From Candidatus Kaiserbacteria bacterium CG10_big_fil_rev_8_21_14_0_10_49_17 (GTDB taxonomy: Bacteria > Patescibacteriota > Minisyncoccia > Phycocordibacterales > JABMNX01), in contig PFBJ01000003.1 in the NCBI GenBank assembly GCA_002778575.1, positions 11,057 to 75,056 on the forward strand: DNA of 64,000 nucleotides. Direction: 5' to 3'. Position 1 is the stretch's first letter. Every line of letters starts with the position of its first letter. A model generated the notes under the pieces. That model saw only the letters and a list, made by a program, of their open reading frames with translations. It searched no databases and had not been told where the DNA came from. The position numbers and the translations under genes are program-made. Below are positions 27,661-36,820 of this stretch, in pieces.

Positions 27661-28988
27661 GTCGGGAGATTTGTGGGCGCGCCGCCGGTCGTGCTTGGGA
27701 TACGGCGAAGTGCGGGGGCCGATACAGCCTCGCCAGGGAAGTGATAGAGAGTCGCAAGCTCTTCCGTATTAAGCACGAAGTGCGGAGTCTCGTACGGCGG
27801 GTAAAACCACGAACGCCGTTTATACGCGTCAATGATTGCCGCTTTCATTTTGTTTTTCTTTCTATCCTTATAGTCCTGCCACGGATAGCTGAATGCCGTA
27901 AACCACCCCGTCGGAGCAAACCCATTGAGTAAATCATCATTTAATTGCTTTAGTGAGATGGTAAGCGCAGGAATATTCGAAGCATTGAAATTCTCCTTCT
28001 TTGCAATATAAATACCACGAATACCCGCATCAAAACCGGGCTTGCTGATACTCCGTTCGATTGCCTCGAGTTGCAGTTTCTGGCCGAATGTAGGATTTGG
28101 AAAACCTGGAAATTCTTGCCCTGGATATTGCGGAGAAGATTCTTCACGAATTTTCTGAATCATCGCTTTCGCCTCGTCCTTCCATGACACATACCCGCCA
28201 AACGGCCCCCACCCAGCATCTTTTTTAAAGCGTTTGTCTTCCGATAGCTTGTCTTTATTTTGACGAATCAGTATCTGAAACCACAGCTGCTCCCCGGGCC
28301 CCATTCGGCCGAGAAATTCGAAGAAACCGGCCATTGGGTCAATTTTATATTCTTCTTTCGGATCTTTATCGAGACCGTAGTCAACGTACGTACGAATCGG
28401 GAGGGCGTCTTCTTTGGTGAGTTTAAAATCGCACCCCCACACATTCATCGTTTCAACATTAAATTCTACGAATTTTGTATAGTCCTCAACTTCAGTTATC
28501 TGCACGTTCGGGTACTGCCCGTATATTTGCGCCTCAACAATGTCTTGTAAGAAACGCCGAGTCCAAATAAAGAAATGAATTTCTCCTTCAATGGAAGCTA
28601 TTTCAAGCGAGAACCACGGACGCACTCTTCCCTCCAGCCATCTGTTGATAAATGTTGCCTCTCCCATGCCAAGATGAAAATTGGTGAGGACCGTTTCCAT
28701 TGCTTTTGGTGATTTTGAAATTTCCTGGGGAAGCCGGATCTCCAGCAATACGTATTCCTGAGAGTTGATAAATTTCGTTCGAATGTATGTTTTCCACATT
28801 CCCCAAAACACAAACAGCAGCACTACCGGAAGCCATAACGGAGAGAGCGCGAGTATGCCGCGAAAGACGGAACCGAGGAGCGACGGGGAGAGGTACGTAA
28901 TAACCGAGAGTATGATGACAAGCACCGGTACCAAGACGGTAGTCGGTGAAAACCCGAATTTATCTGCAAGGTTAACGAGCCATTGCAT
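27657..28988 (-). CDS. hypothetical membrane protein (3 N-terminal TM plus about 330-aa soluble domain)
   Basis: 4-nt overlap with mltG start suggests co-transcription/coupling; no known domain. Confidence 0.55.
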   Translation of the reverse strand: MQWLVNLADKFGFSPTTVLVPVLVIILSVITYLSPSLLGSVFRGILALSPLWLPVVLLFVFWGMWKTYIRTKFINSQEYVLLEIRLPQEISKSPKAMETVLTNFHLGMGEATFINRWLEGRVRPWFSLEIASIEGEIHFFIWTRRFLQDIVEAQIYGQYPNVQITEVEDYTKFVEFNVETMNVWGCDFKLTKEDALPIRTYVDYGLDKDPKEEYKIDPMAGFFEFLGRMGPGEQLWFQILIRQNKDKLSEDKRFKKDAGWGPFGGYVSWKDEAKAMIQKIREESSPQYPGQEFPGFPNPTFGQKLQLEAIERSISKPGFDAGIRGIYIAKKENFNASNIPALTISLKQLNDDLLNGFAPTGWFTAFSYPWQDYKDRKKNKMKAAIIDAYKRRSWFYPPYETPHFVLNTEELATLYHFPGEAVSAPALRRIPSTTGGAPTNLPT

Positions 28989-29057
28989 ATTGCATCAATA
29001 ATACAGCATTGCCTGCTCTTTGGCTTCTCTTTACTGACCCCTCAGTGGGAATAGCTA

Positions 29058-30092
29058 TTAGGCGAGAGTGTAACGGCCGTCTTTGCCGCGCGCAAAAACA
29101 CTCGAATCCTGAAGATTCACAAGAATTGTATTGTCCTTCACGTATCGCTCCTTTCGAACGCGGTCAATAATTTCATCGCGAGTCAGTGGCCCTTCATTCT
29201 TCAAAATCTCACGGATAACTTCCTTTACAACGCCAGTCGAATAGCCCCACTCAGAAAGTGCGTAAAGTCCGCGGCCGACAAGTACAAAACGGTCGTCTTT
29301 AATAAGTTCATTGTGGCACGTAGCCGTATGTGCTCGACGATTGAAGAGTTCATTGATAGCCTTTGCAACCTCTGTAAAGTGCATCGGTGAGCCGTGTCGC
29401 TTAATTGCCAAGTATGCGTAGTCCCGCATGCCTTTTGCACGGACGTTCGGACTTGCCGCAAGCCCCCACTCCCCGAGCGGGTTTTGCCCAATACCCTTTG
29501 ACAGCGAGAGCCATCGGCGAAGTATTTCTTCATCGCGGTAACGTTGGTTAAGATCGCGAAGTTCTGAAAGAAATGTATCGAACAGTTCGGACTCCGGAAT
29601 TAAATCGTCATCACCAAGATTTTTGTATACCGAGCGGAGTGCGTTTTGGACTTGCTCTGCCAATTTTTCATCCGTGTACCAACGGTGTGCAAATTCTGAA
29701 TCTTCCTTTTTTCGAGTAAATTGATTCCCAAGCACTAGAAGAAAGTGTATGTGATTCCGTGTGCTCTCATCCTTTGCGACGGATGCGAGGAGGCTTTCCT
29801 CTGAAATGACGCCTCCGAGGGAGTCAACATACTCCGCCAGTGCCGCAAATGCTGCCGCTTCATTTTCAAATGCCTCGGATTTCTGGATTGTCGCAATAGC
29901 GTAATTTTCAATCTGTCGTACTCGCTCACGCGTAATGCCGTACCGCTTGCCAATCGCTTCAAGCGTGAGGGGATCGGTCTTATCTCCAAGACCGTAGCGC
30001 GCAATGAGTACTTCTCGGGCACGGTCCGGTAGAGCGGCGAGGAGTCGCTTCGTTACCGCTTTTGGTTTAAGTGATGAAATTACGGTTGCCAT
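29058..30092 (-). CDS. DNA-binding protein with N-terminal sigma-70 region-4-like HTH and two C-terminal HARE-HTH domains
   Basis: LTLEAIGKRYGITRERVRQIE (sigma r4.2-like); RFVLVGRGLYALSEWGY and a second PLTRDEIIDRV...SVFARGKDGRYTL winged-helix matching HARE-HTH RFVRVGRGxFALxEW. Confidence 0.6.
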   Translation of the reverse strand: MATVISSLKPKAVTKRLLAALPDRAREVLIARYGLGDKTDPLTLEAIGKRYGITRERVRQIENYAIATIQKSEAFENEAAAFAALAEYVDSLGGVISEESLLASVAKDESTRNHIHFLLVLGNQFTRKKEDSEFAHRWYTDEKLAEQVQNALRSVYKNLGDDDLIPESELFDTFLSELRDLNQRYRDEEILRRWLSLSKGIGQNPLGEWGLAASPNVRAKGMRDYAYLAIKRHGSPMHFTEVAKAINELFNRRAHTATCHNELIKDDRFVLVGRGLYALSEWGYSTGVVKEVIREILKNEGPLTRDEIIDRVRKERYVKDNTILVNLQDSSVFARGKDGRYTLA

Positions 30093-30151
30093 TGCGCATC
30101 TAATTAATATGTACTCCCATTTGTATCACTTACTTTCACCCCCGTCAAGCC

Positions 30152-32533
30152 TTAGACGACAAAATTTATCAATCGTCCGGCGACAAAAACTGTCCGTTTT
30201 ATTTCTTTGCCATTTAGGTACGCGGCAACATTACTTACTGCCTTCGCTTGCTCTATCGCCTCTTGCTCGCTTACCCCGCTTTTAAGCGTTATGGTCCCTC
30301 GAACCTTCCCATTCACCTGGACTGCGTACGGCGCGCTTTCTTGCGCGAAGGCATCGGCGTCATACTGAGGCCACGGCGCAGAGTGGATTGAGCCTTCCTC
30401 TCCGATTTTCTCCCACAATTCTTCAGTCATGTGTGGGGCAAACGGAGCAAGAATACGGATGAAGGTACTCCATTGCGCGCGCGATAGAGGCGCGCTCTGT
30501 AGCGCGTTGAGGCAAATCATTAACTGGCTGATTGCTGTATTAAATTTTTGCGACTCAATATCGTCGCCGACCTTTTTTACTGTATAGTGCAGCACACTAT
30601 CAGCAGTGGCATTTGCTTCATCTCCAACTGATGCCTGCAAACGCCACACTTTTTCAAGAAAACGCCGTACACCCGAAATATTTTGCGTGCTCCACGGCTT
30701 CATGTCCGCAAGCGGTCCCATAAACATCTCATACATGCGTACCGCGTCTGCCCCGTACTGGTCAACGACGTCATTCGGATTTACAACATTGTTAAGTGAC
30801 TTGCTCATCTTGCGTCCGTCTTCCGCAAGAATGGTTCCTGGATGGCGAAGTTTCAAAAAAGGCTCTGAAAATGAAATATACCCGAGGGTATGTAGCACCT
30901 TTGTAAAAAAACGGGCATAGAGGAGATGCAGTACTGTGTGTTCCGCCCCACCTACGTAGAGATCAACTGGCAGCCATTTTTTTATTTGTTCTGCTGATGC
31001 AAATGCCTGCTCATTATGCGGGTCGGCAAAGCGGAAAAAGTACCATGAAGAACACACAAACGTATCCATTGTATCTACTTCCGGGGTCCACCCCGTACCA
31101 AATATCTTTTCCGTACGTGCATGCAATTCTTTTGAGCGCGAAAGCGGCGAATACCCTTTCGGCTCAAAATCGACATCAGTGGGAAGCAGCCACGGCAAAT
31201 GCTCTTCCGGTATTGGATGCGGATTGCCCTCAGGATCGTAGACAATAGGAATGGGCGCACCCCAGTATCGCTGACGACCAATGAGCCAGTCGCGCAGGCG
31301 ATACGTTGTCTTCATGTGTCCACCCACCATCTCGGTAATGGCAGATTTCGCTTGAAGCGACTCCATTCCACTACATGTTCCCGAATTCTTTAGTATTCCA
31401 TTTCCGGTAAATGGAGCAGGCGCGTCTGTGCGCTCAATAACTTCCCGAATTGCGCAATTATACTTTTTTGCAAATTCCCAATCGCGTTCGTCGTGAGCCG
31501 GCACCGCCATAATTGCACCTGTACCGTAGTGTCCAAGCACATAGTCGGCAATAAAAATGGGTATTTCTTCCTTCGTGGCGGGATTTATTGCCATTACTCC
31601 CTCAAGCCGTACGCCGCTTTTCTCTTTGCCCTCAGCAGAGCGTTCTATGTCAGACTTGCTTGCCGACTCCTTTACATATGCCGCTACTTCATTCCAATTT
31701 GTTATGTCACCCTTCAGTAGATCAAGAAGCGGGTGCTCGGGCGCCATGACCATATAGGTTGCACCATAGAGCGTATCAGGCCGTGTTGTAAAAACCGTAA
31801 TGACCTCCGTTTCTTTGCCGACAATTGGGAACTGCAGCTCAGCTCCCTCGCTTTTCCCAATCCAATTGCGCTGGTTCGTAATTGTTGATTCCGGCCAGTC
31901 AACCAAATCAAGGTCCGCATCAAGCGCTTCAGCGTAGTCGGTAATCTTAAAGAACCACTGCATCATGTTGCGCTTCTCAACAACTGCACCGGAGCGTTCC
32001 GCCGTACCGTCGGCGAGCACCTGTTCATTGGCAAGCACTGTCTGGTCAATTGGATCCCAGTTAACCGGTGCGTCCTTTTTGTATGCAAGATTATTTTTAT
32101 ACAGCAACAAGAAAAACCACTGTGTCCACTTATAGTACTCCGGCGTATGTGTGCCTATTTCCCTGCTCCAGTCGTATGAAAGACCGAGTCGTTTAATCTG
32201 CTCAATAAAATTTTTTATCGATGAATCTGTCGTCTCCTTCGGATGAATTCCTGTTTTGACTGCATAATTTTCCGCGGGCAACCCGAATGCGTCCCACCCT
32301 ATTGGGTGGAGGACATTGTAGCCGCGCATTCGCAGGTAACGGGTATAGATATCTGTCGCTGTGTAGCCTTCGACATGACCGACATGGAGACCCGCGCCCG
32401 ATGGGTACGGGTACATATCAAGCACGTACCGCTTCTCTTTTTCCGAATCCTCGTCAGCCGCGTAGAGCTGTTCTTCTTCCCACCGCTGCTGCCACTTCGA
32501 CTCTACACCGCTATGGTCGTATGAATTCTTCAT
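30152..32533 (-). CDS. leuS: leucine--tRNA ligase
   Basis: HVGHVEGY (HIGH), KMSKS, CP1 editing insertion. Confidence 0.95.
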   Translation of the reverse strand: MKNSYDHSGVESKWQQRWEEEQLYAADEDSEKEKRYVLDMYPYPSGAGLHVGHVEGYTATDIYTRYLRMRGYNVLHPIGWDAFGLPAENYAVKTGIHPKETTDSSIKNFIEQIKRLGLSYDWSREIGTHTPEYYKWTQWFFLLLYKNNLAYKKDAPVNWDPIDQTVLANEQVLADGTAERSGAVVEKRNMMQWFFKITDYAEALDADLDLVDWPESTITNQRNWIGKSEGAELQFPIVGKETEVITVFTTRPDTLYGATYMVMAPEHPLLDLLKGDITNWNEVAAYVKESASKSDIERSAEGKEKSGVRLEGVMAINPATKEEIPIFIADYVLGHYGTGAIMAVPAHDERDWEFAKKYNCAIREVIERTDAPAPFTGNGILKNSGTCSGMESLQAKSAITEMVGGHMKTTYRLRDWLIGRQRYWGAPIPIVYDPEGNPHPIPEEHLPWLLPTDVDFEPKGYSPLSRSKELHARTEKIFGTGWTPEVDTMDTFVCSSWYFFRFADPHNEQAFASAEQIKKWLPVDLYVGGAEHTVLHLLYARFFTKVLHTLGYISFSEPFLKLRHPGTILAEDGRKMSKSLNNVVNPNDVVDQYGADAVRMYEMFMGPLADMKPWSTQNISGVRRFLEKVWRLQASVGDEANATADSVLHYTVKKVGDDIESQKFNTAISQLMICLNALQSAPLSRAQWSTFIRILAPFAPHMTEELWEKIGEEGSIHSAPWPQYDADAFAQESAPYAVQVNGKVRGTITLKSGVSEQEAIEQAKAVSNVAAYLNGKEIKRTVFVAGRLINFVV

Positions 32534-32656
32534 ATAGTAATTGACAGATACTCGCAGTTACTTCTGCATACGGAGCAAAAACCATCTCTTGTCCCGTAGC
32601 CACTCGTCCGCAGACGAGTGTGGTACTGGGATGGTCATACCGCTCTTCCATAGCAT

Positions 32657-33601
32657 CTAGTCCTTAAATACCGGAAATTTTTCTGGGTCAATAGTTCGAG
32701 TAAAGCACTGGAGTCCTGCGTCATGCATCCAGAACTCACTCTCAAATGAGTACCGTGCCACGGAGAGTAACACCGGCTTAACGGCGCCCTCTTGAAATCC
32801 CGTGCTTTGCTGATTGAATGTTGCGCACAGTTTAAATTCAAGCGCTCCGACTTTTTCATATGTGTACGCAAATCCATCTTTTGCTTGTGGGTCCGTTGGC
32901 ACAATGGAGCCGACGAGCGGATCTTCAAGCGCTTCGAGCGTCTCCGGAAGCACTTTCTTTTGCTGATAGTAATTGAGTACTTGGTACTGAATATTTTGCA
33001 GATCATTTACCTTCTGCGAATCATAACGGAGTTCGCGCTGTGTTGCTGGGGTTCCCATGATAAAGAACCCTCCAATAACCGAAGCGAGAATGACAGCCGA
33101 GACAATCCACATAATGAGCTTTGAGTACCCTTCATTCCTCTCCCAGACGCCTCGCATATCAAGGAAGTAGTAAACAAAAATGTCACCGATAACCACAAAT
33201 ACTGCGAGCACCTTAAGGAGAAAGCCTGCCGTGAGTTCTTCACCCCCAAGAAACGCATTAATGAGGACTATGAGATCAATGATAATAGTGGCTCCAGCAA
33301 CAAAGAGCGTAATGAATATGAGCCACCGACGAATACCGAGATCGCGTTTCGCGGGATTTTTTCGAATGTCCTGATTAAGTACCCGCGTGAGAAGAATGTA
33401 AACTGGAAAGAGCACCACAAGTGCCGCTATCGCGAGGCGAATGCCGGTTGAATAGGGGTCAGAGTAAGCAAGCGGATCCTTAAAGGCAACGTCAATATAC
33501 TCAAAATAAAGAGCAAGGAGGCTGATGGTACTCACATAGAGTGTCACCATTGCAGCGAGCCAGAGAAAGAAATCTTTCGGAGACATTTTTATTTTTTCCA
33601 T
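32657..33601 (-). CDS. hypothetical integral membrane protein (about 6 TM plus C-terminal soluble region)
   Basis: hydropathy only. Confidence 0.55.
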   Translation of the reverse strand: MEKIKMSPKDFFLWLAAMVTLYVSTISLLALYFEYIDVAFKDPLAYSDPYSTGIRLAIAALVVLFPVYILLTRVLNQDIRKNPAKRDLGIRRWLIFITLFVAGATIIIDLIVLINAFLGGEELTAGFLLKVLAVFVVIGDIFVYYFLDMRGVWERNEGYSKLIMWIVSAVILASVIGGFFIMGTPATQRELRYDSQKVNDLQNIQYQVLNYYQQKKVLPETLEALEDPLVGSIVPTDPQAKDGFAYTYEKVGALEFKLCATFNQQSTGFQEGAVKPVLLSVARYSFESEFWMHDAGLQCFTRTIDPEKFPVFKD

Positions 33602-33636
33602 ACGCCGATTCTACAATGATTTCGTACGATTGTACA

Positions 33637-34734
33637 TCAAATGCGAAATTCAATTACATCCCCGTCTTTGACACAGTAGGTCTTGCCCTCGGTACGGACC
33701 CACCCCTTCTCTCTCGCCGCGGCGTATGAGCCTGCCTCAAGAAGTTTCTCGCAATGAATCACTTCTGCGCGAATGAATGTATCGCGAAAATCAGAATGAA
33801 TGGCGGCGCCCGCAGTCGGCGCGCTGCTGCCTCTCTTTACAGTCCACGCGCGCGTCTCTGTCTTGCCAGTTGTAAAGAATGTAATGAGATCAAGCAATTC
33901 GTACCCGCTGCGAATAAGCGTATCAATACCGTCATCCATCACGCCGAACTCCCGCCTGAATGTTTGCTTTTCTTCACTCCCGACGTCTGAAAGCTCGTGC
34001 TCTACCCCCGCGTCAACGGCAACCCATTTCGCATTCATGCGCTTCAAAAAATCGGTTAGCCGCTTCATGCGTTCCCCCGCCTCATCGTCGATATTTAAGG
34101 AACCGCTTTTTTTATTTAGTACATAGAGAATCGGCTTCATCGAAAGGAGGTGCAGTGACCGCACAATCGGAAGCTCTTCTTTGGAAAATTCAATACTCGA
34201 CGCCAGCTTGCCTGACTCAAGGGTCTGGCTGAGCCGCGTAAGGACGTCTTCTTCGGCACGTGCGTTTTTATCCCCTTTCTTAAGGTCGCCTTTAATATTC
34301 TCGTACCGCTTCGATACGGTGGCAAAATCGGCCATAATAAGCTCGAGATTGATGACTTCAATATCATTTGTCGGCTCAACCTCGCCGTGCACATGCGTAA
34401 TGTCGGTGTCATCAAAAATCCGCACAACCTCTGCTATTGCATCGACTTCACGAATATTTGCAAGAAATTGATTACCAAGCCCCTCACCTTCTGACGCGCC
34501 CTTGACAAGGCCGGCAATGTCAACAAATTCGATTGCTGTCGGAATGGTTTTTTCTGACTTGGAAAATTCGCTTAACTGGTTAAGACGCGCATCAGGCACG
34601 GCAACAACGCCAACCGAAGGGTCAATGGTACAAAAGGGAAAGTTTTCCGCCGGAACTGCTTTTTTTGTAAGCGCGTTAAACAGCGTGGATTTCCCCACAT
34701 TCGGCAAACCAACAATTCCTATGGATAACGACAT
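33637..34734 (-). CDS. ychF: redox-regulated ATPase YchF (Obg-family GTPase)
   Basis: G1 GLPNVGKST, TGS domain at C-terminus. Confidence 0.93.
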   Translation of the reverse strand: MSLSIGIVGLPNVGKSTLFNALTKKAVPAENFPFCTIDPSVGVVAVPDARLNQLSEFSKSEKTIPTAIEFVDIAGLVKGASEGEGLGNQFLANIREVDAIAEVVRIFDDTDITHVHGEVEPTNDIEVINLELIMADFATVSKRYENIKGDLKKGDKNARAEEDVLTRLSQTLESGKLASSIEFSKEELPIVRSLHLLSMKPILYVLNKKSGSLNIDDEAGERMKRLTDFLKRMNAKWVAVDAGVEHELSDVGSEEKQTFRREFGVMDDGIDTLIRSGYELLDLITFFTTGKTETRAWTVKRGSSAPTAGAAIHSDFRDTFIRAEVIHCEKLLEAGSYAAAREKGWVRTEGKTYCVKDGDVIEFRI

Positions 34735-34791
34735 ATTGACGCACTGATACTACTGTGTTTCTCTTCAATCAGCAATGCTCTTACTACGGGG

Positions 34792-35121
34792 GTGGTGATG
34801 CTTTCACCGAATGCCGAGTGGGTCACTCGACGAAGCCAATTTTGGTTTCGAGGATTTATCGCGCTGACACTCTTCTATTTTCTTCTCAGCGGAGGCGTGG
34901 TTATGTGTGCGCCCGTTCGTGAGATGTTTTCGATTCTCTCAATGGCAACAACCGCTCTTGCTGTCGCATACGGAGCGCTCTCATCGGTACTCCGTGACGC
35001 GTACAGGAAAAACGCTCTCCCTGTCTATCTGGAAGATGAGCTTGAAATGCCGGAAGCCATGTCCATTAGCTTCGCTGTCGTGACAGTCATTCTCATTGCA
35101 TTTGCATTTCTTGCTTCATAG
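34792..35121 (+). CDS. small hypothetical membrane protein (3 TM)
   Basis: hydropathy; followed by GC-rich hairpin. Confidence 0.45.
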   Translation: MVMLSPNAEWVTRRSQFWFRGFIALTLFYFLLSGGVVMCAPVREMFSILSMATTALAVAYGALSSVLRDAYRKNALPVYLEDELEMPEAMSISFAVVTVILIAFAFLAS

Positions 35122-35139
35122 GCCCCGCACTGCGGGGCC
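35121..35139. terminator. GC-rich hairpin GGCCCCG-cactg-CGGGGCC between convergent genes
   Basis: 7-bp perfect GC stem; weak T-tract. Confidence 0.45.
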
Positions 35140-35143
35140 TTGC

Positions 35144-35734
35144 CTATTCTCCCGCACGCCCCAGCTGGTGTACTTCGCGTTGCCACAAATCGCGCTTTGC
35201 ATCACTCACTCGCTCTGACGGCCCTAAGCAGGTAATCTTCACTGGCGAGAAGCCGGCAAATTCAAGAATTCCCTTGCGGATTTCATTGCTGTAATCACCG
35301 TACTTAAGCCGTGTCTCCATACCACTGTGCGATCCGGCAACGATAATGACTCGCGCGCTTTTTCCTTTAAGGTGCTGGATACGTTTTTTAGTCTCTTTGT
35401 CGAAATTAAATGCAAATCCAGGAATCCATGCTCTATCAAAAAAACCTTTCAGAAGGGCAGGCATCGTATTCCACCAATTCGGATAGACAATAACAAAGTG
35501 GTCAGCCCACTGTATGTTCTTCTGTATCGTAATCAGATCCGGCTCCAGTTCCTGTATTACCTTATAGCCCTTATGGAGAATTGGATCGAATGTTATATCA
35601 CCGAGATTAACCCGACGCACTTCATGCCCTGCCTCTTTCGCCCCCTCTTCATAAGCCTTTGCAAGAGATTCTGAATATGTTTCAGAATCAGGGTTGCCGA
35701 GGAGTATAAAAATTTTCTTTTTCTTTTTTGCCAT
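35144..35734 (-). CDS. NAD(P)H-dependent FMN oxidoreductase, flavodoxin-like fold (quinone reductase/KefF-like)
   Basis: KIFILLGNPDSETYS, NWWNTMPALLKGFFDR pattern of Flavodoxin_2 family; start moved to MAKKKKK. Confidence 0.75.
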   Translation of the reverse strand: MAKKKKKIFILLGNPDSETYSESLAKAYEEGAKEAGHEVRRVNLGDITFDPILHKGYKVIQELEPDLITIQKNIQWADHFVIVYPNWWNTMPALLKGFFDRAWIPGFAFNFDKETKKRIQHLKGKSARVIIVAGSHSGMETRLKYGDYSNEIRKGILEFAGFSPVKITCLGPSERVSDAKRDLWQREVHQLGRAGE

Positions 35735-35833
35735 GGTCACACTGTTATGAGTAAGTCTCTGTAGTGTACCATGCATGAAAAACGGGACCGTAGCCCCGTT
35801 TTTCATTACACACCTACCCGAGTATAGAGACGC

Positions 35834-36343
35834 TTACCGCGGGTATTTCTTACGAAAGCGAAGCCGGAGCAATTCAAGCACGCCGGCAACTATAAAAATC
35901 GCGACGATGTACCCAAGAAGTGCCTCAGTAAATGAAATTGGTGCATGCCTCCATGCTCCGAGGATTGTCGCTCCCCACCAGGAAGTAAATGAGATGGCGG
36001 AACCAAGCCAAAATGGAATGAGGCGACGCGTCAGCAGGACTGCATTGATAACGATTGCAAGGACCATAATATCCTTCACCCATACTTTTCCGGAGGTAAG
36101 CGGCCATATATTTCCCTCGACGAATACCCACCACGCAACAAGAGCAAAACCGGAGAGAAGAACGAGTAACGTTCCAATGCGAATCATAAAGTAATTCGCA
36201 TGCATCATCCGCTTTTCATCTGCTGAAACGACGCCGTCCTTAAGCGCGGTGAAAGAAAATATCTCCGCGAGCGTGGCACCACCTGTACCGAGGACTGCTC
36301 CGATAATATGTACCCACACGAGTAGTATATGGAGGTCTGGCAT
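35834..36343 (-). CDS. hypothetical membrane protein (5 TM)
   Basis: hydropathy only. Confidence 0.5.
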   Translation of the reverse strand: MPDLHILLVWVHIIGAVLGTGGATLAEIFSFTALKDGVVSADEKRMMHANYFMIRIGTLLVLLSGFALVAWWVFVEGNIWPLTSGKVWVKDIMVLAIVINAVLLTRRLIPFWLGSAISFTSWWGATILGAWRHAPISFTEALLGYIVAIFIVAGVLELLRLRFRKKYPR

Positions 36344-36358
36344 GTTTCGTATTATACC

Positions 36359-36586
36359 CTACTGAGACAGTGCTTTTGAGAGCTCTTCCTTGTGCGACTG
36401 CATAACCTCCATCATTGCGCTCATTTGATCTTTCCCTGTCGCGGTTTTTGCTTGAATCTCTTTCGCAATTGTTTCAAATAATTCCGGATTTGCTTCAATT
36501 GCTTTAATGAATTGCTCCTGCTGTTCCTTTGGCACCCCTTTCATTTTTGAGGCAACCATTTTACGAATGAAAAATTCTTTAAACAT
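36359..36586 (-). CDS. small hypothetical helical protein
   Basis: ORF only; start uncertain. Confidence 0.35.
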   Translation of the reverse strand: MFKEFFIRKMVASKMKGVPKEQQEQFIKAIEANPELFETIAKEIQAKTATGKDQMSAMMEVMQSHKEELSKALSQ

Positions 36587-36648
36587 ATAAAAGTAGTGTA
36601 GTACGCAAAAGTAGAAATGGAAAATGCCACCCGGAGGTGACACTTTCC

Positions 36649-36684
36649 AGTGTAGTCACCGGAGCAAGCTCCAATGACTACACT
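36649..36684. promoter_or_regulatory. 10-bp perfect inverted repeat AGTGTAGTCA-n16-TGACTACACT upstream of efflux operon
   Basis: seen directly; core AGTGTAGT/ACTACACT shared with hairpin at 48170-48207. Confidence 0.45.
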
Positions 36685-36820
36685 CCAAACGTATCATGCA
36701 CAGTATCGTTTTGCAAGAGTTTGCAAAGGTGCTGTGGATAAATGCGATCCTAATCCGAATAATTCCCTCTACAAAGCCAATTTTGACAAATTGTGTATTT
36801 TAATGTACTTTTATCCAGCT

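Noticed and set aside
32534-32656. Possible T-box or leader riboswitch upstream of leuS
   Set aside because: Region is only about 120 nt with a single imperfect hairpin; far too short and lacking T-box conserved elements.
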